This document shows, one piece after another, positions 36,768-45,781 of a stretch of DNA of 64,000 bases. The notes under the pieces were generated by a model, which searched no databases, had not been told where the DNA came from, and worked only from the letters and a program-made list of their open reading frames with translations. Each line of letters begins with the position of its first letter. Positions within the stretch are counted from its first letter, which is position 1. Source of the DNA: an uncultured Candidatus Saccharibacteria bacterium (GTDB lineage: Bacteria; Patescibacteriota; Saccharimonadia; Saccharimonadales; JAGQNJ01); contig CAZDDV010000002.1 of NCBI GenBank assembly GCA_964504275.1, positions 12,822-76,821 of the forward strand, read 5' to 3'. The position numbers were made by a program, and so were the translations under genes.

Positions 36768-37040
36768 ATGCCAGAACGAAACTATAAAAAAATAACCGAG
36801 CGAGTTGCGCTGGTGGCCGGTGTGCTCCAGCCACTCATGACGGTGCCACAAGTTTGGATGATTTATAGTACGGGCAAGGTTTCTGGTGTTTCGCTCGCCA
36901 CGTGGGTTGGTTACGCAGTGTTTGGGCTAGCATTTTTGGTCTACGGCTTTGTTCATAAACTACGGCCAATTTGGATGACGCAGATACTGTGGCTTATTTT
37001 GCAAGTAGCCGTAGTAGTGGGAATTTTAATCTATGAGTAA
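36768..37040 (+). CDS. SemiSWEET / PQ-loop-like small membrane protein
   Basis: 90 aa from the ATG at 36768. Three TM helices, with a PQ motif (LMTVPQVWMIY) in helix 1. It overlaps the dnaJ start by 8 nt. Confidence 0.55.
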   Translation: MPERNYKKITERVALVAGVLQPLMTVPQVWMIYSTGKVSGVSLATWVGYAVFGLAFLVYGFVHKLRPIWMTQILWLILQVAVVVGILIYE

Positions 37041-38157
37041 GCGCGACTATTACGAATTGTTAGGGATTAGTAAGTCGGCGAGTGCTGATGAAATCAAGAA
37101 GGCTTTTCGTAAAAGTGCGGTTGAACATCATCCAGACAAAGGTGGTGACGAAGCCAAGTTTAAAGAAATTAACGAAGCTTACGAAGTTTTAAAAGACCCA
37201 AGTAAGCGCCAACGCTACGATCAATTTGGTCATGCTGGTGTTGGCTCGTCTGCGGCCAGCGACGGCATGGGCGGAAACCCATTTGCTGGATTTGGCGGTG
37301 GGCAGGGCCAGAACGTTCACTTTGATTTTGGGGATGGCGGACTTGGCGATATTTTTAGTAGTTTTTTTGGCGGCCAACAACCAGGTGGCGGACGAAGTTC
37401 ACGCCAGCGTCGCGGCCACGACATTCAAACAGAAATTAATCTAAGTTTTGAGCAAGCTATATTTGGTGCCGAAATTGATTTGAACTTAAACATCGAAGAC
37501 ACCTGCAAGCATTGCAAAGGCACAACAGCCGAACCTGGACACGAGTTAAAAACCTGCGATCAATGTAAAGGCTCTGGCCAAGTCGTAAGCGTTACCCGCA
37601 CAATTTTTGGCGACATTCAACAGGCAAATACCTGCAACAAATGCGAAGGCTCCGGTAAGATTCCAGAAAAAGTTTGCTCTGTTTGCCACGGCAAAGGAGT
37701 AAAACTTAGTAAACAAGAAGTGAAGCTGAAAGTTCCGGCAGGAATTGACGACGGCTCAACAATACGACTCCGCGAACGTGGCGAAGCGATAGCGCGCGGT
37801 GAAAAAGGCGACTTGTACGTAAACATCCACGTGAAGCCTCACAAAAAATTTATGCGCGAAGGCGATTTAATTCTAAGCGACGAGCATATTCACATGGTTG
37901 ATGCCGCACTTGGTACCGAAATAGATATTGAAACAGTCGATGGAAACGTAAAAATGAAAATCCCGGCCGGCACTCAAAGCGGCACTGACTTTAAATTATC
38001 CGATCACGGCGTGCCACACCTTAGATCAAAAAACCGTGGCGCCCACATCGTTACGATTATTGTTGATATTCCCGAAAAACTCAGCAAAAAACAAAAAGAA
38101 TTACTCGAAGAATTCAAAAAACACTCTGACCACTCAACCAAAAACTTTTGGCGCTAA
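37033..38157 (+). CDS. dnaJ: co-chaperone DnaJ
   Basis: 374 aa with a J domain (HPDKGG), a G/F region and four CxxCxGxG repeats. Confidence 0.95.
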   Translation: MSKRDYYELLGISKSASADEIKKAFRKSAVEHHPDKGGDEAKFKEINEAYEVLKDPSKRQRYDQFGHAGVGSSAASDGMGGNPFAGFGGGQGQNVHFDFGDGGLGDIFSSFFGGQQPGGGRSSRQRRGHDIQTEINLSFEQAIFGAEIDLNLNIEDTCKHCKGTTAEPGHELKTCDQCKGSGQVVSVTRTIFGDIQQANTCNKCEGSGKIPEKVCSVCHGKGVKLSKQEVKLKVPAGIDDGSTIRLRERGEAIARGEKGDLYVNIHVKPHKKFMREGDLILSDEHIHMVDAALGTEIDIETVDGNVKMKIPAGTQSGTDFKLSDHGVPHLRSKNRGAHIVTIIVDIPEKLSKKQKELLEEFKKHSDHSTKNFWR

Positions 38158-38163
38158 AATTCG

Positions 38164-38457
38164 CTAAAGTTTTACTGGAGATTTTTTGCGGAGTTGTGAA
38201 AGTAAAAACACGGCTCCAACAGCACACATTGCAATACTTGCCACAATAATTATTTGCGTAGATTCACCGGTATCGGCTAAAACATCATCAGATGTCTCTA
38301 CTGTTTCGAACGGAGATATTTCGCTAGTCGATCCATAGCTATAACTATCTGGGTCAGGTGTAATTTCTGCCGCGTAAATTGTTGTCGAAAATAGGCCGAT
38401 AACCATCGCAATCATGATGCTGATGATACTGAGCTTTATAGATAAATTTTTATGCAT
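38164..38457 (-). CDS. small cell-wall-anchored protein with LAxTG sorting signal
   Basis: 97 aa from the ATG at 38457. It has a signal peptide and an acidic Ser/Thr-rich core, then LADTG, a TM helix and an RKKSPVKL tail. Confidence 0.55.
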   Translation of the reverse strand: MHKNLSIKLSIISIMIAMVIGLFSTTIYAAEITPDPDSYSYGSTSEISPFETVETSDDVLADTGESTQIIIVASIAMCAVGAVFLLSQLRKKSPVKL

Positions 38458-38473
38458 ATTCACCATTCCTTTA

Positions 38474-40336
38474 TTAATCTGAACAATTATCGGAAGGGTA
38501 GCCGTATGGCGGGCCATCGCCAACACGGTCGTTAGTATTTAGACACCCTCCGGATAGTTGGGTTGCTGGTCCTGGGTTAGTGGTCCATAGAACAGTTGCT
38601 GTCGCGGTGACGACGCTTGAAGCGTTGAACGATTCTACGTCTTCAAAGGTGTGGGTTGCGTTTGCTTCGCTACTGTCAATAATAAAACTGCCAATATGCA
38701 CTTTGGCCTGTGAACCGTCGGCTTCTGACCCGTCCTGGCCGTCATTTACATAAAAATCTAATTGATACCCAACAAGATCATCTTCTAAAAGACTATAGCC
38801 ATCCGGACTATCTTCGACAGAATTTGCAATAAAATCATAAGTAACCGTTAGATCGTCTCCGTCCGCTTCGGCACTAACAATAACCGGTGAGTTAATATAA
38901 TTGTTGGCTTGCTCGGCTGGATAAGTGAGCAAGAGACTATTAATCGGGTTAGCGCCCAAGTCTTCACTTGCCGAGCCGTCGCCTTCTTCGTCTACTGCAA
39001 GATTTATTCCCAAACCGCCGTTGCTATAAATTTTGTTTTTAAGCACCGAAATACTAAACACGTTTGTGTGTTCACTTGAATCATCAGGGTTTACATACTG
39101 GAAAATTCGTATTCCATCACTGTCGTTGCCTACGATTGTATTTGGCTCGTTGTCGCCCGCGCCGCCAATTTGATGTGAAAATATCGACTCTCCACATGTC
39201 CCCGGATTTTCGTTTATTGAGATTCCCGATGCGCCATTGCCGTAGGTTGCTTCGACCGCACCATCGATATTGCCGCCAATAATGTTCCCCGTGAATGTGC
39301 CGTGGGTAATTTGCGCACAGTCACCAGTTCCGTTTTCTGCCACTACTTCGATTCCATTGCTATCGTTTGCCGAGACTACATTACCTTTAATTTCAAACCC
39401 ACTGGTCGTACCATTACTTTGTCGTATTAATATGCCATTATTGGCGTTACCAAGGGCATTGCCTCGTAGATCAACGCCGATGAAATTATCTTGGGCTTGT
39501 GCTGAATTGGCAGATTCAAGCACTAATCCGTCTCCGCCATTACCACTTATAACGTTGTTGGTTACCACGGAATTATCTCTCAGTGAGCTACCTGTAAGGT
39601 TTGGTATTGCCGCCGTGCCTGCTGCGTTTGTACCAATGAGGTTGTTCTCGATGACATTTTGACTAACAGAGACCCCGGTCTCTAACCCGGCAATTTCGTT
39701 ATTCGAAATTGTACTATCGCCTCCACTACCTGCAATTCCTCTACCTGTACCTTCAAGCGCCGCCGCTGTGCCTGCTGCGTTTGTACCAATATAATTACAT
39801 TCGATGGTTGAGTTGCTTCCGTCGAGCTGAATATTTGCGGATGCGGCGCTATTGATAGTAAGTCCGCGAACAATACTATCTGTGGCATTGATCGTTAGTA
39901 TATTTGTTACTGCGGTACCATCAATTTCAACAAGAAGAGTATGTGGAATATTGCTGTTTGCGGGCAGGCTTGGCACAAGTGTTCCGCATGAAGCTCCAGT
40001 TTGGGTTGTGCCGTCAATGGTTAGCTGTTCATCGATGTACGGAAATTCAGATGCTGGCGTTATGGTATGTAGGCCAGATCCGGCAATATTGAACTCAATC
40101 GCATCAGCACCAGCTTGTGCGTTGGCAGCTTCTATCGCCGCACGGAGTGTGCAAGTGTCTTCACTAGTATCACAGCTTACGCTGGCATCAACCGCCGCTT
40201 CGTCGCCAGTACTATCAACTGTAAAAGTCGCCGCAGATACTGAACCGGTAAAAATAAATACACAGCCCAAAAGTAGCGAAGTAAATATGCTGCAACTAAT
40301 TCTTTTTGTATTTATCAAATCTAACTCCAAAACCAT
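38474..40336 (-). CDS. secreted CSLREA-domain / right-handed beta-helix repeat protein
   Basis: 620 aa. Signal peptide (..FTGSVSA/ATF), CTLRAAIEAANAQAGADAIEF, and repeated IGTNAAGTAA / NNxISGN beta-helix turns. It has no anchor of its own. Confidence 0.7.
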   Translation of the reverse strand: MVLELDLINTKRISCSIFTSLLLGCVFIFTGSVSAATFTVDSTGDEAAVDASVSCDTSEDTCTLRAAIEAANAQAGADAIEFNIAGSGLHTITPASEFPYIDEQLTIDGTTQTGASCGTLVPSLPANSNIPHTLLVEIDGTAVTNILTINATDSIVRGLTINSAASANIQLDGSNSTIECNYIGTNAAGTAAALEGTGRGIAGSGGDSTISNNEIAGLETGVSVSQNVIENNLIGTNAAGTAAIPNLTGSSLRDNSVVTNNVISGNGGDGLVLESANSAQAQDNFIGVDLRGNALGNANNGILIRQSNGTTSGFEIKGNVVSANDSNGIEVVAENGTGDCAQITHGTFTGNIIGGNIDGAVEATYGNGASGISINENPGTCGESIFSHQIGGAGDNEPNTIVGNDSDGIRIFQYVNPDDSSEHTNVFSISVLKNKIYSNGGLGINLAVDEEGDGSASEDLGANPINSLLLTYPAEQANNYINSPVIVSAEADGDDLTVTYDFIANSVEDSPDGYSLLEDDLVGYQLDFYVNDGQDGSEADGSQAKVHIGSFIIDSSEANATHTFEDVESFNASSVVTATATVLWTTNPGPATQLSGGCLNTNDRVGDGPPYGYPSDNCSD

Positions 40337-40403
40337 CGCATTGCTAACTGGGGTTTATTATAAACGTAAGCACTAAAAACCACAACAGTCGAAAGGAGGC
40401 TCG

Positions 40404-41096
40404 TTAGCGAGAATCTTCCGGCTTGTCTGCCAGCATTCGGTTATCGGCCTCCCGCAGGATTTCTTCTACTGAACCTCCAATCCAAACTGCGCCACCAACG
40501 GCTGCTGAAACGTCAGCAAAACGTGGATCCTCCTGGCCAATTTCAATCATGATTTTATGAATGTTTTCTTCGTGGCTTGCCAGACGCCGCTGCGGCGTTA
40601 GCTGTCTATTTTTATCTGTGGAAGAAAGATCAACCATAGTTATAAATTCATCGCCGCCGGCTCGTGCAGTATGGTCACCAAAAATTCCATGGATCTTATT
40701 AGCAAAGGTTTTTAAAAGCTCGTCGCCAACTGCGTGCCCAAGCCGATCATTCACGGGCTTGAACTGATTAAAGTCAATAAACAGCACTCCAAAGCTTCTT
40801 TTTTCGGCTGTGATAATTTTTTCGTCAATTATCTTTTCTATACCCTGCAGATTGAGTAGTCCTGTTAGATTGTCGTGGAATTGTGCCTCGATAAGCTCTT
40901 TGCTAATTTGAACATTTTCGCCTGTAAGTTGTTCGTTTTCCCGCATTTTTCGAGCTGCACGATATGCGGTTTTCTGCACTTGATCCTCAAGGCTTGTTGG
41001 TTCTGTCAATCCACTGGGCGACGGAACATCAAGAGGTTTCTGGATGTTCATATTTGCTTGTTGTCGCAGGTGACTAATATTTGATTCTTCGCCCAT
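40404..41096 (-). CDS. GGDEF-domain diguanylate cyclase
   Basis: 230 aa with RAGGDEFITMV and no obvious sensor domain. Confidence 0.85.
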   Translation of the reverse strand: MGEESNISHLRQQANMNIQKPLDVPSPSGLTEPTSLEDQVQKTAYRAARKMRENEQLTGENVQISKELIEAQFHDNLTGLLNLQGIEKIIDEKIITAEKRSFGVLFIDFNQFKPVNDRLGHAVGDELLKTFANKIHGIFGDHTARAGGDEFITMVDLSSTDKNRQLTPQRRLASHEENIHKIMIEIGQEDPRFADVSAAVGGAVWIGGSVEEILREADNRMLADKPEDSR

Positions 41097-41148
41097 TTTT
41101 TATTGTTCGTTTTAATTTTTACTTGTTTTAACTATAATGAATTATAAC

Positions 41149-41268
41149 ATGAAAATGCGCCTCAAGCCGTTGAACCAGGATGGCCTCATCCCAATGTTAT
41201 TGTTCTTTTTTGCCCTGATTATTGCCGCAATTATCTTTGTGTATTTGCGAGTTATAAATGCCGGTTAG
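41149..41268 (+). CDS. candidate 39-aa single-TM micro-protein
   Basis: MKMRLKPLNQDGLIPMLLFFFALIIAAIIFVYLRVINAG. ORF only. Confidence 0.2.
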   Translation: MKMRLKPLNQDGLIPMLLFFFALIIAAIIFVYLRVINAG

Positions 41269-41319
41269 CGCTGGCTGATATTTATTTCTCACCCCTGATA
41301 TGACATACTAAGTATAAGC

Positions 41320-42621
41320 GTGAATAATAACGAACTACCAATAATTGATTTGCTTAGCGCAATTACAACCAAGCACGATGAATCAAATCGGCTGCTTTAC
41401 CCAAATCTAAAAATTGCGGTCGATTTGCAAACGCCGTTTGTAGCGCAACGCGAACGCGAACTTGCTGCGCTGCAAACAGGCTCGTTGGTTTGGCTGCATG
41501 CGCACTACAAATTAACCCAGGTTTATATCAAAAAAACGGCGCTAGAATACGTCACTGCGCCAGCCGCAAAGAAGAGCAAGCTCGCAATAAAGTTTACACA
41601 TTTGTCTGCTCAGTTATACGGAAAACCAGACGCGGCGACACTCCATAATTTAATAAAAAGCGAACTCGCCGATTTGCGTGAACTACAAGACAAAGTTCAC
41701 CCGGCAAACATTCCAGATTGGGAACGGGTGATAGAAGTGTACTCTGCATTATTGACTGACGATGCGCGCATGCCGGAAACCGACCATAGCTTGGCGGCCG
41801 CGGCGATGTGCGAACATTTACAAACTCATTATAAAAAAGTGTTTAAAGTTGTAAAATCTCGGCGCAAACTGATTGATCCACTGCAATTAAAAAAGATTTT
41901 TGTGCGGGCAATAAAGCAACTGGCAAAAGCTGATTCGGATTGGAAAAAGTGGCAGGTTGTACTTGTTGATACATCAATTGTTTCGGTTGATGGTGATAAA
42001 AAAACTATACGGATTGGTTCGCGCCGCTCGAAGTTAGAACGAGTAGAACTTGCGCCACTGCTAGCTCACGAATTGCTGGTTCATGCCCAGCGTTGTATAA
42101 ATGCCCAAAAAATTGATGACGAAATTTTGCGCAGTCCACTGGCGGGTTACGAGCAAGCCGAGGAAGGTTTGGGCGTGTATGTAGAGTGGATTTTTAGCGG
42201 TACGTTGCCGCAAAAAATGAAAGATCGCTACATTGATATTGCGCTGGCACTCGGGATGAATAAAAAATTTGGGCGGTTTAAACGAACGGAGCTTTTTGAA
42301 TTTGCACTGCAACGAGCGCAAGTTCGTGCATCCGCAAACGAAGAAAACATTACGCCAGCCCAACTGATGAAAAAAGTCTGGACTCATGTAGATAGAATTT
42401 TTCGGGGTACGCCGGGCGATGATTCTGAGGGCGTTTTTACTCGCGACACCGTGTATTACGCTGGATTTATAAAAATGCGCCGGTATATTTCGCGGCAGTA
42501 TCGTGCTGGCCGTAGCGCTCCGCGAATTTGGCGATACCTTTCGGCCGCAAAGTTTGATCCGACCAACCATATTCACGTTGACTATCTAAACGAAAAAACC
42601 GGCAAAAACTTAGATTTTTAA
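41320..42621 (+). CDS. DUF1704 / QEGLA-motif (MATCAP-like) metallocarboxypeptidase family protein
   Basis: 433 aa with a GTG start. Zinc motif LLAHELLVHAQR (HExxH) and YEQAEEGLGVYVEW. Confidence 0.65.
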   Translation: MNNNELPIIDLLSAITTKHDESNRLLYPNLKIAVDLQTPFVAQRERELAALQTGSLVWLHAHYKLTQVYIKKTALEYVTAPAAKKSKLAIKFTHLSAQLYGKPDAATLHNLIKSELADLRELQDKVHPANIPDWERVIEVYSALLTDDARMPETDHSLAAAAMCEHLQTHYKKVFKVVKSRRKLIDPLQLKKIFVRAIKQLAKADSDWKKWQVVLVDTSIVSVDGDKKTIRIGSRRSKLERVELAPLLAHELLVHAQRCINAQKIDDEILRSPLAGYEQAEEGLGVYVEWIFSGTLPQKMKDRYIDIALALGMNKKFGRFKRTELFEFALQRAQVRASANEENITPAQLMKKVWTHVDRIFRGTPGDDSEGVFTRDTVYYAGFIKMRRYISRQYRAGRSAPRIWRYLSAAKFDPTNHIHVDYLNEKTGKNLDF

Positions 42622-42625
42622 ATTT

Positions 42626-43858
42626 TTAGGAAAGCGTTTCTATCGCGACGTTGTTGTTTACGAACTCTAAATCGGCCGCAAATACTTCTGGATCTTTGTT
42701 GTGTAGCATGATGACAGCCGCAGCTTTGTGCCCGTCTGCTGATTTGCCGATCACATCACCAACTTCGGGTTTAATCGACAAATAATTGATTGATTCAAGG
42801 CGGCGCACTCTTTCTTCATTGCGCAAACCCTTAAAAACTCCAGGATGACGCGGAAATAATTCTAGCACTGCGCATGGTTCGTTTTTAGTAGCAGTAATAT
42901 TTAGTCTTTGGTTGGTGTACGTGGCGAGCGCTGCGCCAGGAATATCAATTCCGTTGGCTATTTTGTGCATTCGTTCGCGGTAGCCACCGTTCCGTGCGCC
43001 GATTTCTACAATTCGCGGGCCGCTTTTTGTCATGATAATTTCGACGTGTGCCGGAGAGTTTTTCATGCCGAGCGCTTTGCAGCCAACGCTTGCAACGTGC
43101 CGCAATTTGGTTTGGTCTTGTTCGGAAAGTTTTGATGGCAAAATGCGGCTGTAATGAAAATTGTCCTCGTATCCGATGTCGTAGCCCGTTTGATAATCAA
43201 CAATATTTTCTAAAACCTCTGGCTGGCCTTTGCCATCAACAAATGCGTCTACAGAATGAATTGAGCCGACCAAAAATTCCTCGATAATCATTTTTGGTTT
43301 GCGGTTCGGTGCGTATTTTTTGTAAATGTCACCAACGACGTCCATGGCTTTTTGGTAGTTGCGCTCTAACTCTGCCAGGTCGTGATTTTTTGTAACCAAT
43401 AAACTTTTTGCTAAGTTGGCGGGTTTGAGGATCAATGGAAACTCATGTTCGGCCGCAAATTTTTTACAATCTTGCCAGGAATCTACTTCTGCGAATCCGG
43501 GCGAAATTTTTTCGGGCGCTTGTGCGAATAGACTGCGCATTAAGTATTTGTCGGTGCAGGCTTCAGCCGCTTTAATCGGAAGTCCAGGAATACCAAGATG
43601 TTCGACAATCCAAGACGTTGGCAAAATGTAGTTTTCGTAAATGCAAATTGCACCGGTGATTTTTTGCTTGATAGAATCGACAGTTTTTATGACAGAATCT
43701 TTGCTACTAAAATCGCAGACGACGCGTTTTTTGTGTTTCGTTTCTGGTTTTTTGGCCGCAAGAATATCTTTCAATACAATATAGTCGTAACCGGATTCGT
43801 CCAGATATTCACGTAAGCTGCTAAAACTGCTACCTATAATTAGTATTGTGGGTTTCAT
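42626..43858 (-). CDS. ATP-grasp ligase (L-amino-acid-ligase-like)
   Basis: 410 aa with IIEEFLVGSIHSVDAFVDGKG and IVEIGARNGG. Confidence 0.7.
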   Translation of the reverse strand: MKPTILIIGSSFSSLREYLDESGYDYIVLKDILAAKKPETKHKKRVVCDFSSKDSVIKTVDSIKQKITGAICIYENYILPTSWIVEHLGIPGLPIKAAEACTDKYLMRSLFAQAPEKISPGFAEVDSWQDCKKFAAEHEFPLILKPANLAKSLLVTKNHDLAELERNYQKAMDVVGDIYKKYAPNRKPKMIIEEFLVGSIHSVDAFVDGKGQPEVLENIVDYQTGYDIGYEDNFHYSRILPSKLSEQDQTKLRHVASVGCKALGMKNSPAHVEIIMTKSGPRIVEIGARNGGYRERMHKIANGIDIPGAALATYTNQRLNITATKNEPCAVLELFPRHPGVFKGLRNEERVRRLESINYLSIKPEVGDVIGKSADGHKAAAVIMLHNKDPEVFAADLEFVNNNVAIETLS

Positions 43859-43910
43859 CTACGGTGTAATAACTCTTGTAAATTAGTTAATTTCACTTAA
43901 AGTATAGCGT

Positions 43911-44402
43911 ATGAATGCCCAAACCAAAGACGACAAAATGCTAATTGGCCGCAGCGAGTATATTTATTTTGTTGACGCCGGCAACCGACCCGTGCCAGCA
44001 AAAATTGATACTGGTGCGTTTCGCTCGGCGGTGCACGCAACTAATATTGTAGAAAAAGACGGTGTTTTGCATTTTACGCTGCTCGGCGATCATCCGGTCG
44101 GCAAAGGTTTTGCGGCCGATTTGACTGCCAATGAATTCCAGAAAGTAAACGTCTCTAACTCATTCGGCGAAGAAGAAGAACGCTACGAGATAAAACTGCA
44201 AGTAACAATGGCGAACCAAACATTTCCGGCGCGTTTTACGCTTGCAAACCGATCAAAAAAGATTTACCCGATTTTGATTGGACGTAAACTACTAAACGGC
44301 CGTTTTATTATCGATACATCCAACTCAACGATTAATCGCGTTGAGCTCAAAAAACAGTACGGTATCGAATTGCCGACAGATGAAGAGGAGGGCAAATCAT
44401 GA
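43911..44402 (+). CDS. retropepsin-like protease of the RimK-associated (COG4067 / RimB-like) family
   Basis: 163 aa with IGRSEYIYFVDAGNRPVPAKIDTGAFRSAVHA (DTGA). Its TGA overlaps the rimK ATG. Confidence 0.7.
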   Translation: MNAQTKDDKMLIGRSEYIYFVDAGNRPVPAKIDTGAFRSAVHATNIVEKDGVLHFTLLGDHPVGKGFAADLTANEFQKVNVSNSFGEEEERYEIKLQVTMANQTFPARFTLANRSKKIYPILIGRKLLNGRFIIDTSNSTINRVELKKQYGIELPTDEEEGKS

Positions 44403-45301
44403 AAATAGCTATTTTATCGCGCGGACCGGGCAATTATTCTACAAAGCGACTAAAATCGGTCGCCGAAGAGCGCGGTCATCATGTTCGAGTTATAAACCAC
44501 GCCGAATGTTACGTAACTGTAGAGCAAAGCAAGCCGGTGGTGCGTTACGAAGGTGTAGATCTTGGTGATATCGACGTGATTATTCCGCGAATCGGTCACA
44601 GTATTACCAAATACGGCACTGCAATAGTGCGCCAGTTCGAAATGCAGGGGGTGTTTAGTACTGTCAGCTCGATTTCTATAAACAGGTCGCGTGATAAATT
44701 GCGCACCATGCAGCTACTGGCAAGAGCCGGAGTTGGCATTCCAAAAACAGTGTTCGCCCGTGAAACCGCCGATGTAGACGACGTTATCGAACAAGCTGGC
44801 GGCGCGCCACTGATTATCAAAGTTGCGCGTGGAACGCACGGCAATGGTGTGGTACTCGCCGAAACTCGCAAAGCTGCGCAAGCGGTAATGCAGGCTTTTT
44901 ATGTCGAAGGCGTGAACTTTGTAGTCCAAGAATACATTGAAGAATCCGCCGGAACAGATATTCGGGCATTTGTAGTCGGTGGCAAAGTTATCGCCAGTAT
45001 GAAACGCCAAAGTCTAGACGACGATTTTCGCTCAAACTTGCACCAAGGCGGCGAGGGAACTTCTATAAAACTGACCGAAGAAGAGCGAAAAACCGCCCAA
45101 AAAGCAGCCCGCGCCATGGGATTATCGATTTGTGGCGTAGACATGCTGCGCTCCAAACGCGGACCGTTGGTGCTCGAAGTAAACCCAAGCCCAGGCTTTG
45201 GAATAGAAAAAGTTACTGACCGCAACGTCGCTGGCGCAATCATTGATTACATCGAACAAAACGCAACCAAACAACACCGCCGTGACCGTGTTGGCGCGTA
45301 A
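44399..45301 (+). CDS. rimK: alpha-L-glutamate ligase RimK (ribosomal protein S6 modification)
   Basis: 300 aa, colinear with E. coli RimK as I recall it: MKIAILSR, RDKLRTMQLLARAG, GAPLIIKVARGTHGNGVVLAE, DFRSNLHQGG, GPLVLEVNPSPG. Confidence 0.9.
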   Translation: MKIAILSRGPGNYSTKRLKSVAEERGHHVRVINHAECYVTVEQSKPVVRYEGVDLGDIDVIIPRIGHSITKYGTAIVRQFEMQGVFSTVSSISINRSRDKLRTMQLLARAGVGIPKTVFARETADVDDVIEQAGGAPLIIKVARGTHGNGVVLAETRKAAQAVMQAFYVEGVNFVVQEYIEESAGTDIRAFVVGGKVIASMKRQSLDDDFRSNLHQGGEGTSIKLTEEERKTAQKAARAMGLSICGVDMLRSKRGPLVLEVNPSPGFGIEKVTDRNVAGAIIDYIEQNATKQHRRDRVGA

Positions 45302-45740
45302 CATTCGACCTCAAAAAATACACATTATTGTGGCTTTGGTCATAGTTATTTTTGCCGTAATTAGTTTCGTGACGCTAAGCAGTGTCAAACAGGATGTTAC
45401 AAAAATCGGTAGCAAAAATTACGAACTCGAGGTCGCCGACAGCGAACCCGAGCGAACACGCGGATTGTCGGGTCGCACAATGTTGGCAGATAACACAGGA
45501 ATGTTATTTGTGTTTGATGCGCCAGCCAAACATTGTTTTTGGATGAAAGACACGCTTATCAGTTTGGATATTGTGTGGCTGGATGCAGACAAAAAAGTTG
45601 TTGATACATTTGCCAGTATGAGCCCCGCAAGTTACCCAGAGTCATTCTGTCCCAAAAGGAACGCGCAGTTTGCGATTGAGTTATCTGCTGGCGAGCTGCA
45701 ACGCTCTGGTGTACAAAACGGCGATTTGATTCAGTTGTAG
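45243..45740 (+). CDS. DUF192-domain protein
   Basis: PERTRGLSGRTMLADNTGMLFVF ... FWMKDTLISLDIVWLD. The start is uncertain (TTG at 45243; GTG at 45285 or 45291). Confidence 0.7.
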   Translation: MITSNKTQPNNTAVTVLARNIRPQKIHIIVALVIVIFAVISFVTLSSVKQDVTKIGSKNYELEVADSEPERTRGLSGRTMLADNTGMLFVFDAPAKHCFWMKDTLISLDIVWLDADKKVVDTFASMSPASYPESFCPKRNAQFAIELSAGELQRSGVQNGDLIQL

Positions 45741-45781
45741 CCCCTGTTATTTCTGTGTTTGTCATGGTAGTATAAGCGTAA

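Noticed and set aside
34754-36851. Several minus-strand ORFs of 84-182 aa (34754-35224, 35339-35887, 36353-36715, 36546-36851, 36580-36834).
   Set aside because: All lie antisense to dnaK or the SemiSWEET-like gene. They have low-complexity sequences, and the dnaK call is unambiguous.
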